A stretch of 62,949 nucleotides of DNA, counting the filler, from Choristocarpus tenellus KU-1152 (Eukaryota > Protista > Phaeophyceae): NCBI GenBank assembly GCA_964200185.2. It is 10 parts of 10 records of this genome, joined end to end, with 100 filler letters (N's around TTAATTAATTAA, not from the genome) between each part and the next. Parts side by side here need not be neighbours in the genome. Positions count along the whole stretch, not along the records: positions 7,662 to 17,779 come from CAXNAD020003140.1; positions 17,880 to 23,292 come from CAXNAD020010864.1; 8 more parts are not named here. One strand, 5' to 3'. The notes below the pieces were generated by a model, which saw nothing but the letters and a program-made list of their open reading frames with translations, was not told the DNA's origin and searched no databases. The first letter of the stretch is position 1. Every line of letters starts with the position of its first letter. Shown piece after piece: positions 10,490 to 23,292 of the stretch. Both the position numbers and the translations under genes were made by a program.

Positions 10490-11700
10490 TAGGCTCAAGG
10501 AATCCTGAAGACTAAAAGACGACAGACTTGATCACGTCGAACCTCAGCGCACCACGTACGATGGACCTGGCCACATCTGACTTCTTGTCACAGAGGTACA
10601 ACGCCTACCTTCTTGATAATGGTAGATGAAGTTGATGTTGTCAAAGCTGGGGCCGGACCCACAGGTCGCCGCTGATAGGCTTGCGGGGATCCTGAGTGGG
10701 CAACCTTTTTCACTCTGCTCAAGATGGCAAACCATAGGCGACTTCAAAGCCGACATGCACAGGGCAAACGTACCCTCTAGTGTGCCCGATGGCGAACTAC
10801 TTGCAAACTACATCGCCAACGGCAACCTGGACGTAATCGAGAATGGCAACGATAGGGATAAAGACGACGACAACGACAACCTCTTATTTTTCCTGAATGG
10901 ACAACACCGTGTAATGATGCTGAGGAATATTGAATGCGTCGACGTCGCGAAGAAGGACAATGTTCCATGTGGCATCAACCTCCCGGCCCACGTCACAACG
11001 CGATGGGCCTCGGACATTGGAAGATCTATCCACACTGCAGCCTCGAAAAGGCTGAATCCATTTCGATAGGAGAGAGTGTGGCGGCCAGTAGGTCGCATGT
11101 GCCCAACATTCTCCACATATTTCATTGGATGGTGTCTTGGGTTGCCGCTATCCTGGAGCATAGGCGTGACTTCAGTTGCGACAGGTCCCACCCCTACGTC
11201 CAGGAAACGGAAGAGGAACCTGATCGTCGCACACGCATGACGATATTGGTCACCAAGTGCGACCAGTACTGTCTCGGAGACGTAGACTTCCGAAGTGCCG
11301 ATGCCGCATTACAGAGATGGCTATTAAGAGGAGGGTAGCTGCCAAGATAAAGGCATTCCTCAAAGAAGCTTGGGAGGACACACATATGGAAGCCGGGATG
11401 AGTAGGATCAACTGACCAAATCTCCGTCCACTTCTTCAACGCGATCGCCACCCTTGTGTACATATGCGTGGGAGAAGGTGAGGTTCTCATGACTCCTTCC
11501 ACAGGAAACGATTCGTGAAACGATTGTGAAGCATCGCCTACTTTTCGTCGCCCATATCCATATTGATTTCGCATCGGCGATCCAACCAACCGATCCCTTT
11601 CTTCCCCTCATCATGTTCCACCAGAGACAAAAGAACTGGAGGAGATCCTTCTCAGTGTGTGGAGAGAGCACAAGAAGCGCAACGGGTCAAGTGTAAGCAC
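10490..11700 (+). pseudogene. Degenerate ParB/DGQHR-like domain gene
   Basis: Long coding-like stretch with stops and frameshifts. Contains LFFLNGQHRVMMLR, followed after a frameshift by WKIYP...KAESIS.GES, which parallels the layout of the 4718-5610 protein. Confidence 0.45.
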
Positions 11701-11816
11701 GGTGCAGCCATCCCCATATTTATACATCCAATACACCATCACTAACGGTCCAACAACACCGTAGTAACCCCTGCCTTTGCATACTGAGCTTGACTTGACG
11801 TTTTATACATGTGTAT

Positions 11817-12073
11817 GAGTCAAAGTATCTTAGACGGTACGAGGTTTGCCCTGTTTGTCCGCTTGGGGCTTGGCTTCCCACAGTTTTTTTCATGACATTT
11901 CCCACCACGAAATGTTTTGGAATAGGTAAAATGTATACGTTATGAAGAAGTATGTCTGGAACAAAGATATTGACACTCTCTAATAAACACGATCGTCAAA
12001 ATTACATCAAAATCAGAGCATTGGATTTTGCCGCCATATGGACGCGGCTCTACCCTCTAAGACACGTTGATTC
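11817..12073. mobile_element. MITE family A
   Basis: Full TIRs with 4-bp TSD GTAT. Confidence 0.92.
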
Positions 12074-12586
12074 GTATCGCTATATCGACCTTCTGACATA
12101 TGCCATTAATCAACAGACCCACTCCCGCTCCCACGTTCTTCTGTCCTGATCATGCCACCTTATTCTCCACACACCCAACGAGCACCTGGCTAGGACATAT
12201 TCGACTTTAGAGCGGTTCACATGTTCACTGTGCTGTGGTACGCTAACCCGGACGCCGCCATCGAATCCCTCAAGAACAGCGGGGGGTTCACACACATCTG
12301 CAGGTTGAGGGTGGGATAAACATTCCCAACTATTTTGTCCCCACACGACGCCACACTTGACATAGGGCAGACAGTAATGAAGGAGTTTGATGTGTTCTGT
12401 CGAACGGTAAAGGCCACCAGTTTCCAAAGAACTCCAAGTCCGTAGGGTTCTATTGCGCTACGCGCATCCCCTGGTAACCCTTCTCTGATCGATTCACTGT
12501 TAACCCTAAATCGTCCATATCCTCTGCACTCGTTCTTTAACGGTCTCCTAACGACACACCATCGCATATTTGATGTACATGTAGCT

Positions 12587-13366
12587 CACAGACGAGGTCA
12601 AGGAGCAGTATTTCGCAAGAATGTGCACTGATATCCTCGCTGGAGCCGGACTAGCCATCCTCAGAGGGGAGACCCCCCAAGGCCATCGCTGGCGTGACAT
12701 TGTTGAGGTGGCTGCGCACGTCTTCTCAGAGCAGGCAGTAAAAAAATTGCCTACTGACGCGCTCTCATTGACATATGTTGTCGGCACGGAGACATTTCCA
12801 GATGAATGGGTAAGTCAATCTTTGGCCGTGACGATTCAAGTAGCGCATGGATGTATATGCATTTACCCCCCTGCTTACCCTGCAACAGCCGCAATGTTTA
12901 CCGTCTAGTTCGTGCCTCGTAAGACAGACACCCATCTCATGCATGTGCCTTACCGTTCCACTACCCATGTGCTTCTCCCTGACAGTTCTCCCACACTCTA
13001 AGGGGGGTCCGAAACAAACGACCCCCCGCCGACCATGACAAAGAAAAGAAGAACACAAGAGGAAAGGGGAAGAAAAACAGACCGGGGGTCGGTGATCCAG
13101 ACCCTGCGTCTGCCACCCAGGCGGAGGAGGATTGGGCATCTCAACCCTGGAAGGTCCAATTGGCATACATAAGACATATGCACACGAAGAATGTCCTCAT
13201 CAAGAGGGCTATCCTGGAGGTCGCCATACAAGTAATGAACAAGCTCAAAAGGAAAGACGAGCTCGGGATAGACCCCTACGCCAATGACTCCTCAGCAGGG
13301 TCTTCAGAAGAAGGTCCTCCAAAGAAAAAATACATCCTCAGCGAGGAGATACTCAACGGAGTGTGA
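12587..13366 (+). CDS. Exon-like fragments of an unknown (probably TE-borne) protein
   Basis: AG/GT-bounded open stretches (LTDEVKEQYFARMCTDILAG...; DPASATQAEEDW...GPPKKKY). No family recognised. Confidence 0.35.
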
Positions 13367-13690
13367 GGTTCATCATCTCATCTGTCTACCGTATTTGAGT
13401 TCGTATCAACCCACCTCACAATAAACACCCTGATCGCGCACACTAATATAACCCCATAAAATTCACTGGTGAAAAGGGACATCGTGTTGAGGGAGGATGT
13501 GTAGGAGGGTATAAAATACCTGGACATCGTCATATACTCTGAGGACGTTACCCTGAACACCAGTGAAGAACACACAGGCAAGTAATTACATCATTTGTAC
13601 AACATTGCCATACGTTAACATCCAGACATCGTTCCCTACAACAAACACACAACCTAGACTCTCACAGATCTTACTGACGTTGGACAGTTT

Positions 13691-13950
13691 GAGCCAAAGT
13701 ATCTTAGGGGGTAGAGCCGCGTCCATTTGGGGGCCAAAATCCAATGTTGCAATTCGGATGTAATCTTGACTTATCATTCTTGTTAGGAGATGTCAATATA
13801 CTTGTTCTGGACACTCCTTTTCATAACATACACGTTTTACCTACTCCAAAATATCCTGGAGTAGGAAAAAATGTCATAAAAAACATGTGGGCAGTCAAGC
13901 CCCAAATGGACAAACAGGAAAAACTCATACCCTCTAAGACAGTTTCACTC
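13691..13950. mobile_element. MITE family A
   Basis: Full TIRs, TTT on both flanks, nearly identical to the 15505-15766 copy. Confidence 0.92.
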
Positions 13951-14872
13951 TTTGACAAGGAACATTGTCACAGGGTTCTCCGGTTGTATATGTTGCGAAG
14001 CTGCTCGTTGAACAGATTGATTCATACTTTCGCTGTGTTGTACCGATCGAGAGAACCCGACAAAAGAACGGAAATTATGTCGCAGTTCATGTACTATAGT
14101 CCTATACGCATCCTCTTGACTCTATGTTACAAGTCTTACTTGTGTCTTCCTGATTTATGGGCTCGAATAATCCGCCCAAGTTTAACGAGCCGCACGTACT
14201 CTAATCCACCCATCGTTTCCTCAGTCCCTGCCTCCTCCTCTGTATCCTGCCTCGCTTATTCCTTCTCACCAACCTCTACCTCATCCCTTGTCTCCTAATG
14301 CTAGCACCCCTTCCCGTTGTTTTGCCTCCTACTTCGCCACGTCCTTTGCCTACTCCTCCACCATCACAGAGATAACACGAGTCACAAACACTGTGATCAT
14401 GCCAGACAAAAACGCCACGTCCGAGCACGACCTTGACAAGTTCAAGTCTGAAACGAGCGCCACCCACGAGAGAGAAGTCGCCCTTCTCCAGAACAGACCA
14501 GGAGGCATCGTAATCACATGCACCACCCTCGGAGACAACCTCGATCCGGATCGTATCCCACTCCTCATGGACGAACTCTCCACCTTCCGCAATTTTGCAC
14601 TGGTGAGACAACGGTAGCTGGTGGCGTATCCACGCCTATTCCTTGTGGAAGACCCAACCCACCAGGTGATGAAGAGGAACAAGATAACACATCGCCTAGC
14701 CCTGCAGTAGGTACGGGAAGCAGGACTCTACAAGGGGAAAGGCATACAATCACACCCTTGGAACATGACTCTGAAGGTGATGGGGACGACCGAACCATTT
14801 GTAACGCTTTGTCAGCTCCAGAGGAACTTGCACAGGAGGACGTGAGGGGGCGGCTATACAGAGACTCAGAGT

Positions 14873-15190
14873 CCACGCCTGTTAGAAGTGACCCATGTAT
14901 GTCCCCAAACGCCCATTCGGTGGGCAGTGGCGGCAATGAGTCCAAGGTGCCAGGGAACACTACGACGATACTGTGGGACCACGCCTGTCAGGAGTGACCC
15001 ATGTATGTCCCCAAACGCCCATTCCGTGGGCAGTGGCGGCAATGAGTCCAAGGTGCCAGGGAACACTACGGCGATACTGTGGGACCACGCCTGTCAGGAG
15101 TGACCCATGTATGACCCCAAACACCCATTCCGTGGGCAGTGGCGGCAATGAGTCCAAGGTGCCAGGGAACACTACGGCGATACTGTGGGA
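14873..15190. repeat. 106-bp tandem repeat x3 within a degenerate acidic ORF region
   Basis: Units start at 14873, 14979 and 15085 (CCACGCCTGT.AG.AGTGACCCATG...). A fourth diverged copy lies at ~15408-15500. Confidence 0.9.
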
Positions 15191-15504
15191 CGAAGTGAGA
15201 ACCACGCCCATGCTCATTCAATCACAACACCGAGGGACAAGCCTTCCATGAAAGGTAACGGAAAGAGGAAAAGGACAATAATTCGGAAGAACAGGTTAAG
15301 AGGAGACTTTGAAGGCGATGGGAACCGACCCGATTATGACGCTTTGTCAGATCCAGAGGAACTTGTACAGGAGGATGTGGGTGGACGGCTAGGCACGGAC
15401 TCAGAGTCCATGCCTGTCGGGAGTGACCCCGGAATGTCCCCAAACGCCCATTCCGTGGGCAGCGGCGGTGAGGAGTCACAAGTGCCAGGGAACACCTACG
15501 ACCA

Positions 15505-15942
15505 GATCGGAAGTATCTTAGGGGGTAGAGCCGCGTCCATTTGGGGGCCAAAATTCAATGTTGCAATTCGGATGTAATCTTGGCTATCATTTTTATTAGA
15601 GTAGATGTCAATATCCTTGTTCTGGACACTCCTTTTCATAACAAACACATTTTACCTACTCCAAAATATCCTGGAGTAGGTAAAAATGTCATAAAAAACA
15701 TGTGGGCAGTCAAGCCCCAAATGGACAAACAGGAAAAAACTCGTACCCTCTAAGATAGTTTCACTCTACGATTTTTGCCCTGTTTGTCCGTTTGGGGCTT
15801 GAATTCCCTCAGGTTATTTAAGACAGTTTACCTACTCCGAAACATCTTGGAGTAGGTAAAATGTAATTTAAAACCCGTGGGAAGCCAAGCCCCAAATGGG
15901 CAAACAGGGCAGAAAACGTACCCTCTAAGATACTTTCACTCT
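15505..15942. mobile_element. MITE family A copy (15505-15766) followed by a rearranged derivative (15767-15942)
   Basis: A full copy, then a piece carrying the same arm in inverted orientation on both sides of the central hairpin. Confidence 0.85.
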
Positions 15943-15959
15943 CACCATGCTGTGAGGCA

Positions 15960-16731
15960 AAGTGAGAACCACGTCCATGCCAATCCCACCCCAACCTCGA
16001 GGGACAAGCCTTCCGAGAAGGGTAAAGGAAAGGGGAAAAGGATGCTAATTAGGAAGAAGAGGTTGAGAGAAGGTGCTGGACGGATGAGACCCTTCAAACA
16101 GCCTCGTGGTCCTGATGGCAGCGCTTTAGAACCTGGCTTCTTCGCAGACGTCTTTGCTTCTGCCAACATGGGCAGATACGCGGTAAATCTGTGTTCATCT
16201 ACCTCAAGGTACGATGATGACAACGAAAGGTCATCGCATGGTGATGACGATTGCATCACACGGGACACGGCCAACTGCAGCGATGCATCCGATGTGGGGA
16301 TCACCGAAGCCTTCATGGAGGCGTGCGTTACTGAAGTCCTACGATCGGCATCGAAACCTGCTTCTTCACAGTCTCGAGTGCAGACTCAAATCCTCACCCA
16401 AGTCATATGCGACCATGGGTTCAGGATCATCAAGGCCGGTAAAGGGGCCATTTCTCTTGTTTTCTGGGATGAATGCTACGTCCACGAACCCACACAGGTT
16501 AAACTCGGCGATTGTGGAGGGAAACCAGGCAACACGTTGCGTCCCGAGCATGTGGAAGCACTCCAGGCGAGGAAGGCTATCTTCTTGAGCCTCGTGAAGC
16601 CCGAACCTCGGAACGCCAGGTACTCCACACGCCTAAATCTATGGCACCTTCTTGTCGAGGCATACCCTAAGCTTGCAGAGAGTGGTGGGGAAAGGGTGAC
16701 GAATGCAATTTCAAGTCCACCCACCAATTGA
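15960..16731 (+). CDS. Unknown ORF (probably TE cargo)
   Basis: About 250 open codons with a basic NLS-like segment. The N-terminal part of the track ORF comes from MITE sequence. Confidence 0.35.
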
Positions 16732-17879
16732 AATAGGGCTTCAGTCGTTTCAGTTTTTTTGTTCAAGTACGGATAGAGTTACAAGTATACTGATTTATGC
16801 ATCAGTGTACCTTGCCTTGGTGTCCGACTACCATGTTCATGCACTTTGCATTCGATGAGTTATGCCTTAAGACAGTGGCATCAGATACATTGCTACCAGT
16901 CAGAGTCGTCGGCGTATCATATATCATGCTCACGTTGAGGATTAGACCTGTGTTCTTATTTGTTTAAAAGAGTGTGTCTGCTACAAGGTTTAGACTACTA
17001 AAATATAATACATCAATTAAACAACTCTTCTCCATCTTCTCAGCTAACCTTTCCAAACAATTCGCCAGGACCTGCGATGGGTACCCTCTCCTTCTCAAAG
17101 CTTCTATTTATTCCTTCAACACTATAACGCACCTCCCCCCTTCTTCTCAATACTCTATGCACCATCTCATGCTTTCTCCAAGTGTCGACAAACTAGAACC
17201 GATGTCGTCCTCCTTCGAATATTGGAGGATCATATACCGAATTCCACACACAATGCTCCTAAGCACAGCACCAACCCAGGACCTATTGAAGTGTATCTTG
17301 ACATACTTTCAGAGAATCGTACGGCAATAGACCTTGACCAATAACCATTCGTATATACACCTCCAGAATCCGTCCACACATTACATGAAAGATACAGTTC
17401 ACTAACCCGCAAACAAAACCTGACCGTTTTCCCTTCCTTCAAACCAACAACTTCAACCCTAACACCCTCAGCGACAACCACGTCTGTTTACATACTAAAT
17501 CTGACACATGCACGAAAATAAACGATGTACTATGTTTAAAACAGTACATGATATATGTTTTGGTTCCTTGTGCACACACCGGGAGAACAGGCCCTAACTG
17601 ACAGTCCTCTTCGTGTACACACCAGACACGACTCATGCAAGCAAATAAACGAGAAAACCAACCTCGTAACAGCCCATGGTCTTTTTTTCAATTCATTCTA
17701 ACAGTGGGGAAATACACCCTAACCGACAGCCCTCTATAACAGGGGATTCGCAAAATTGAGGATGGAGCGGGACTATGAGNNNNNNNNNNNNNNNNNNNNN
17801 NNNNNNNNNNNNNNNNNNNNNNNTTAATTAATTAANNNNNNNNNNNNNNNNNNNNNNNNNNNNNNNNNNNNNNNNNNNN

Positions 17880-20800
17880 CACTGAGTGGAGTATAAAGAG
17901 AAGGCCACCTGACACCCAACAAACTGTTACCAAGGGCAACATCCCCATATCGTCGTTTTAAGGTCGTTGGATTTGAGTGATACATCCTGTGGAGGTGAGT
18001 TCTGGGGCACACTGTAACAGTACATCACTGGCCGGTGAATACCTTTGAAAGCAAAGTCGGTATAAATAATTGCGAAGGTTCATTCTTCCCACACTTCTCA
18101 CTAATATGGCCAACATTTTCCCCTCCATTGTAAGACCCAATAGTTGGCTGTCTTCTATCTCTGATAAAGATTTGGTTCGGGCAATACCCAGCCTAAAAGG
18201 AGTAAGTTAGAGCATCTATGTCACACTTAGTGGCTGTTCCTTTCTTATAGGGTTTACGTCTGGCCACATGAACTATCAATTCACGTTGATCTTACAAGCG
18301 TTCTACGCAATAAACAATGGGTGTTAAAGTGCCTTCACTCATAAGGTCCTCTCCATGGGGACAACAACTTGGGGTTCGGTGCACAGCTAAAGCATGTGTG
18401 GTTTGTGAAGCCACACTTTACCTCCAGGTATTGAAAATATGCTCCAAACTGATAATGTTGGGCCTTGGCTACAACTTCAGTATCAATTACTAGAAAAACA
18501 TTGATGGAGCTAATGAAGAGCTCAGAGTCATTTACCACCCTAGTGATTTCACCTAATCGATCCAGAGAGAATTCATGGACTGGATATACCTCACTTGCTT
18601 GAGAAGTTGCATCAATGGTTTCTTCTCCCAAATTTCGACATATGGGGGTTAGGGATGCTGGTTCAGATTCTTTTTACAGATTTCTTCCAGTTGAGGATGT
18701 GACAACATATCTGGGATGCAATGTAATCTGCCAGGGTTATGAAGGACAGTAAAATCAAAACTTTGCAGAGCCAGAACCCATCAAATTAGTAGATTGGACA
18801 TGTTTTGCATCGTATGCAGCCACCATAAGACTAAATTGTCACTAATAACAGTGACGTGTTTACCCCAAATTACGGTCTCCAGTGTTGAATTGCCAGGAAA
18901 AATGCAAGGCACTCTTTTTATGTGGCAGAATATTTTCTCTAGGAGGGGGTAAGTAAAGCACTATGGTATGCAATTATATCAAAATTGCCATGATCATTTT
19001 TATGACCCAAAACCGCTCCTGTCCCAACATTACTGGCATCCACATACACATGTTTAAAAAAGTCCTTAGAAAAAGCAAGAAAGTGTGGAACTGGAGCCAC
19101 GACCAAAAGTCGTTTGCACTTGTCAAAACCAGTTTGCTGTGGTCGATTCCATCTAGATGAGATATCCCTTCTATCATTTATTTATTTCTTTTGGGTGGTG
19201 TGCACTCTTTTTTGTACTTCCCTCTTGTGTATGGCGAATCTATTCAACTAACAGTTCTGTTGCTGCTCCTAGATGAGGAATATTCTTCCTCAAAAAAGGT
19301 TCATAAACCTAAGAAAGATTGTAAACCTTTACAGTTTAAGGGGGATGCATTTCTAAAATAGCTTCAGTACGAGCTTGTGATATAGCTTCTCCTTGTAGGC
19401 TAACATCATGTCCCAGATTATGGATTTGCTTCAAGCCAAGTTGAGCCTTGGATGACTTTAACGTAACTCCTATAGTTTGTAACATTGACATTTCCGTAGT
19501 GATTAAATGTTTGCGGTGTGCCCAAGATGGAGAGGCCAGAACAATATAATCTAAATATACTAATAAACCAGAGCTAGGACTGATTGTAGAAAAAGTTTCA
19601 GACACGAAGCGTTGGAAAATCCACAGTGCGTTTTGTACTCAAAATGGTAACCTCTCAAACTCATAGTTCCCACCTGGTGTGATGAACGCAGTTTTTTGTT
19701 GTTCGCAATTCTCAGTTATTGGCAATTGCCAATAGGCTGATTGGACATTTAAACAAGATCAACATTTTGAACCTCCTAAAGCGGATAAACACTCGTCCAT
19801 GGATGGTAAAGGCCATGAATTGCGTATCAAATGTTTATTAATGGTTCCTCTAATATCCACACAGAAACGGGGAGATCCATCAGGCTTTGCATCAATGGTA
19901 ACAGGGGATGCCCATGGGCTATATGAAGGTTTAACAATGCCTATTTTTCCATATCAGTTACACATTGACGAACAGTGTCGCGTATTTTTTGCGACATACA
20001 ACACAGTGGTCTACTAACCAGTTTAGTGTGTGGTTGTAGTGGAAAGTCAACAGAAATAGTGGTGCACCAACCTAATTCGTTTTCAGATAATGAAAAGACT
20101 GATCTGAATTTAGCCACAATATCTAGTAATTCCTCTTGTTCAGAACACGCCAGTTGTGTGTTTGCAAACGCCTTCTTAGAAAAAACTTCAAATCATCCCC
20201 TCCTTTTTTCAATTCTTCGGGCATTGAGGGTGGGGGGCTGCAACTGCACTTGTGGTAACATCTGAGACAGAGTATGTGGTTGACGCAGGGGAGATATGAC
20301 CAACTACAACATTCGCTAGAAGCTTGACCCCTTTTTGAGATAAAATAGCAATTTTGACTAAACATCCTACATCTTCCTCCCAATGGTGAGGGTTCGGCTG
20401 ACAATAATATGTTGCCAGTGGGGGTGTATGTCGTCCTCTTGTTGAAGGTCTATGCCAAGCTGAATGATATGTTCCACCACTGCATCAGTAGTTGTTCCCC
20501 TGATTGCCTGAGAACAAACTGGGACAAGCATTTCCGTGCCCGGGGGAAGGTATATCTTTTTTACTGTATGTACTGGTGTAGTGAAGTCAGATGTGATCAC
20601 TGAAATTGTAATATGAGGTGATGGATTTTCAGTCTGACAAACATCTCTTGGGGGGGAACAGATGGGAAGTGGTATAATTTTGTGAGTTGCTGGAATGCAT
20701 ATATCACTGTCTTTAAACAATTCCTCTTTATCCCAATCTAGAGTCAAAGTATCGTAGAGGGTAGATCCACGTCCATTTGGGGGCCAAAATCCAAAGTTGC

Positions 20801-21900
20801 GATTTTGATGCAATTTTGGCTATCGTGTTTGTTAGGAAGTGTCAATATCCTTGTTCTGGACACACCTTTCATAAAGTATACATCCTACCTACTCGAATTT
20901 CAGAGTAGGTAAAATGTCATCAACAAAAATGTGCGAAGCCAAGCCCCAAACAGACAAACAGGGCAAAAATCGTACCCTCTAAGATACTTTCACTCTCTAG
21001 CACTACCCCAAAAGCTGACATGATGCTGTTACCCAATAAAATTTTATCTACTCCAAACTTAGGTATGACTACTGCTTGGACCGGCACTGATATGTCACCA
21101 AGTCGTAGTGTAAATTGAACTAAATCATTAACAGATAAAAGTCTACCACCTGCTCATTTTATATTCAGAGCGCCTGCTGGAATCTCCCGAATGGGTGCCT
21201 TGCAAAGAGTTTGGTGGGTCTGAATGTATCTGGGTTAAATTACTGGAATGTCAGTGGCAGTATCAACAGCAATGTTCATTAGAGGTTCATTCTCTACATA
21301 ACCAGGAATTTGTACACAGCACGATGAAACATTCAGCACACAAGGGGAGTTAGAATAATGTTGGATGGCTGATGTGTGACAGCAGTATGAAAAAGTGGAA
21401 CAACACATTTGAGGTTGAAATGAAAATTCACTAAAAAAAAAAAGGTTGTAAGGAAAGAAAGAGCAGATGCAACAGTTCTTACATGTCCTGCTTGTGGCAA
21501 TTTTTGGTTTGCTGACTTTGCGCTATTGTTTAGTTGTGTAATAGGTTTTACAGTTTCTTAAGTGTTTCCCAACCTAGAAAATAAGTCCCTAGATATCACA
21601 TCACATTTTTACCTTATCCTTACCTAATCCAGGGAAACAGAATCAGGAGGGCATCCCTAAATACTCTCATTTCTCACTCTCTCCTCCTGCTGTTCTATTT
21701 TATCCTGCAGGGGTTCATGGGAAGAATAATATAGATATTTGGCAGGGTAGGACGTGCTTGATCTCCGATAATAGTCGACCAATCGAATGTTCTTTGCGGT
21801 TGTTGTATATACACTGGTGAGGGAAAAGTTTAACCCATTCTTGAAATTTGGCAACAGGGGAATAGGACAAATCCTGTGCTCCAAAACTCATGATGGTAAG
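17880..21900 (-). mobile_element. Degenerate Ty3/Gypsy retrotransposon (protease, RT, RNase H, integrase remnants)
   Basis: On -: AVDTAT (protease), PWASPV..KPDGSPRFCVD, WQLP, KTAFITPGG.YEF..LP, VYLDYIV (YLDD-like) and PKLLSPWRGPY (GPY/F). Ends approximate. Confidence 0.88.
20741..20995. mobile_element. MITE family A inserted in the Gypsy element
   Basis: Full TIRs with 4-bp TSD TCTA. Confidence 0.93.
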
Positions 21901-23135
21901 TCTTTGCGAGAAAGATGAATCATGATCAAGGAACCAGGCACATAGCCCCAGGGGATGTGTTAAGGGTAGGGTGGGTCAATATACTCATCTTAACTAGCTG
22001 GTTCATGCTTGACAGGGTCGCAACAGTGAGCCTGACTTCCACACTCTCCAACTCCAAGACTGTGTTAGACATATGTGGCAACGTGGAGTTGAACGAAAAA
22101 TTTATCATGGATATCGAACTTCTGGTCCTCCTTGTACTCTCATCTTCGCCCGCCCCTTGATAGAGGGTCTGATCCAGGTTACGTTGAAGGCCGTCGCCCA
22201 GACATTGGACAAAGCCATTATGCTCAAGCGAACCACCAAGGCTGTATTAGCCCTTTTAACGGGGCTCAGGATCTATACCTTTTGGGATATTGGATTATCC
22301 TTCCTCTCAACCTACGCTTCCCTTATGGTCCTTTATTTCTCGAAGTATTCCCGACTATGTGACTATGGTCAACAAGCTTTCGAGTTGGTTGCACTTCCTT
22401 CTTGTCCGCCATTGTGGCGTGGCCCTACATCCCTGGTGACCCCTCAAAACAGATCGACGTGAGAAACATTGTTAAGGGTTCTGGTTCTGTGTGATGGGGG
22501 GTGATGAAAACCACCAGAGACGAGTTTTAGAAAGGAAGTGAGAGATGAGAGTGAGGCATGCTGGACGTAAGCTGACATCCTCAGTGTGACATGTGGATCA
22601 ATCTCGACTGTGATTGATTGTGAATAGTCAGACTTCCTGGTTTGAATCCACCGTTCATGTCGGGGTCACCGCGAGGTCGCGCGTTGTACGCACACCACAT
22701 CACTTGCACTTACCTCAACGTCAAAGCATGGCGTGCTCAAATATGGTATTTAGTGTATGATTTGTTAAAATTTATCCCAAAAGAGGGGACGTTTTCAGAA
22801 ATTATGACATTTTTGAGATGTGTGAGGGGAAAACTAATGAAAAGTCAGTTCAATATGTATCATAAGAACATTTATTTATATTTTGTGCCGTATTATACGA
22901 GTAGTTTTGTTCTCTGATTTTTCCCTTGTACATACTAAAAATGTAGGTGGGTGTAAAATATAATGTTATATCCTATATAAAAGACAAAAAGAGAGTACTT
23001 GGTGATTGAAAGCCTTAAAAAAGTTGCACGTCCAACTATGAAATTATTGTATTTGTTTTGCTCACGAATTCTTGATTATTATTATTATATTGCACATTCC
23101 TATTTTCGTATTCCTCAATCCTCTATTCCCCATTT

Positions 23136-23292
23136 GATGACCAACCAGTGCGAATGCCCTTCGTCACTGGTTGCCAGCCATCCCCACATTTGGTGACCAA
23201 CCAGTGCAAATGCCCTTTGTCACTGATTGCCCTCCATTCCATTCGATGACCAACCAGTGCGAATGCCCTTCGTCCCTGATTGCCAGCCATCC
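23136..23292. repeat. ~53-56 bp tandem repeat (>=3 units, runs into gap)
   Basis: TGACCAACCAGTGCGAATGCCCTTCGTCACTGGTTGCCAGCCATCC repeated. Confidence 0.85.

Noticed and set aside
13744-14298. ORFs beginning within MITE-A (also 15541, 20367-20813, 27483, 29992, 62525)
   Set aside because: They are translations of non-coding MITE sequence.
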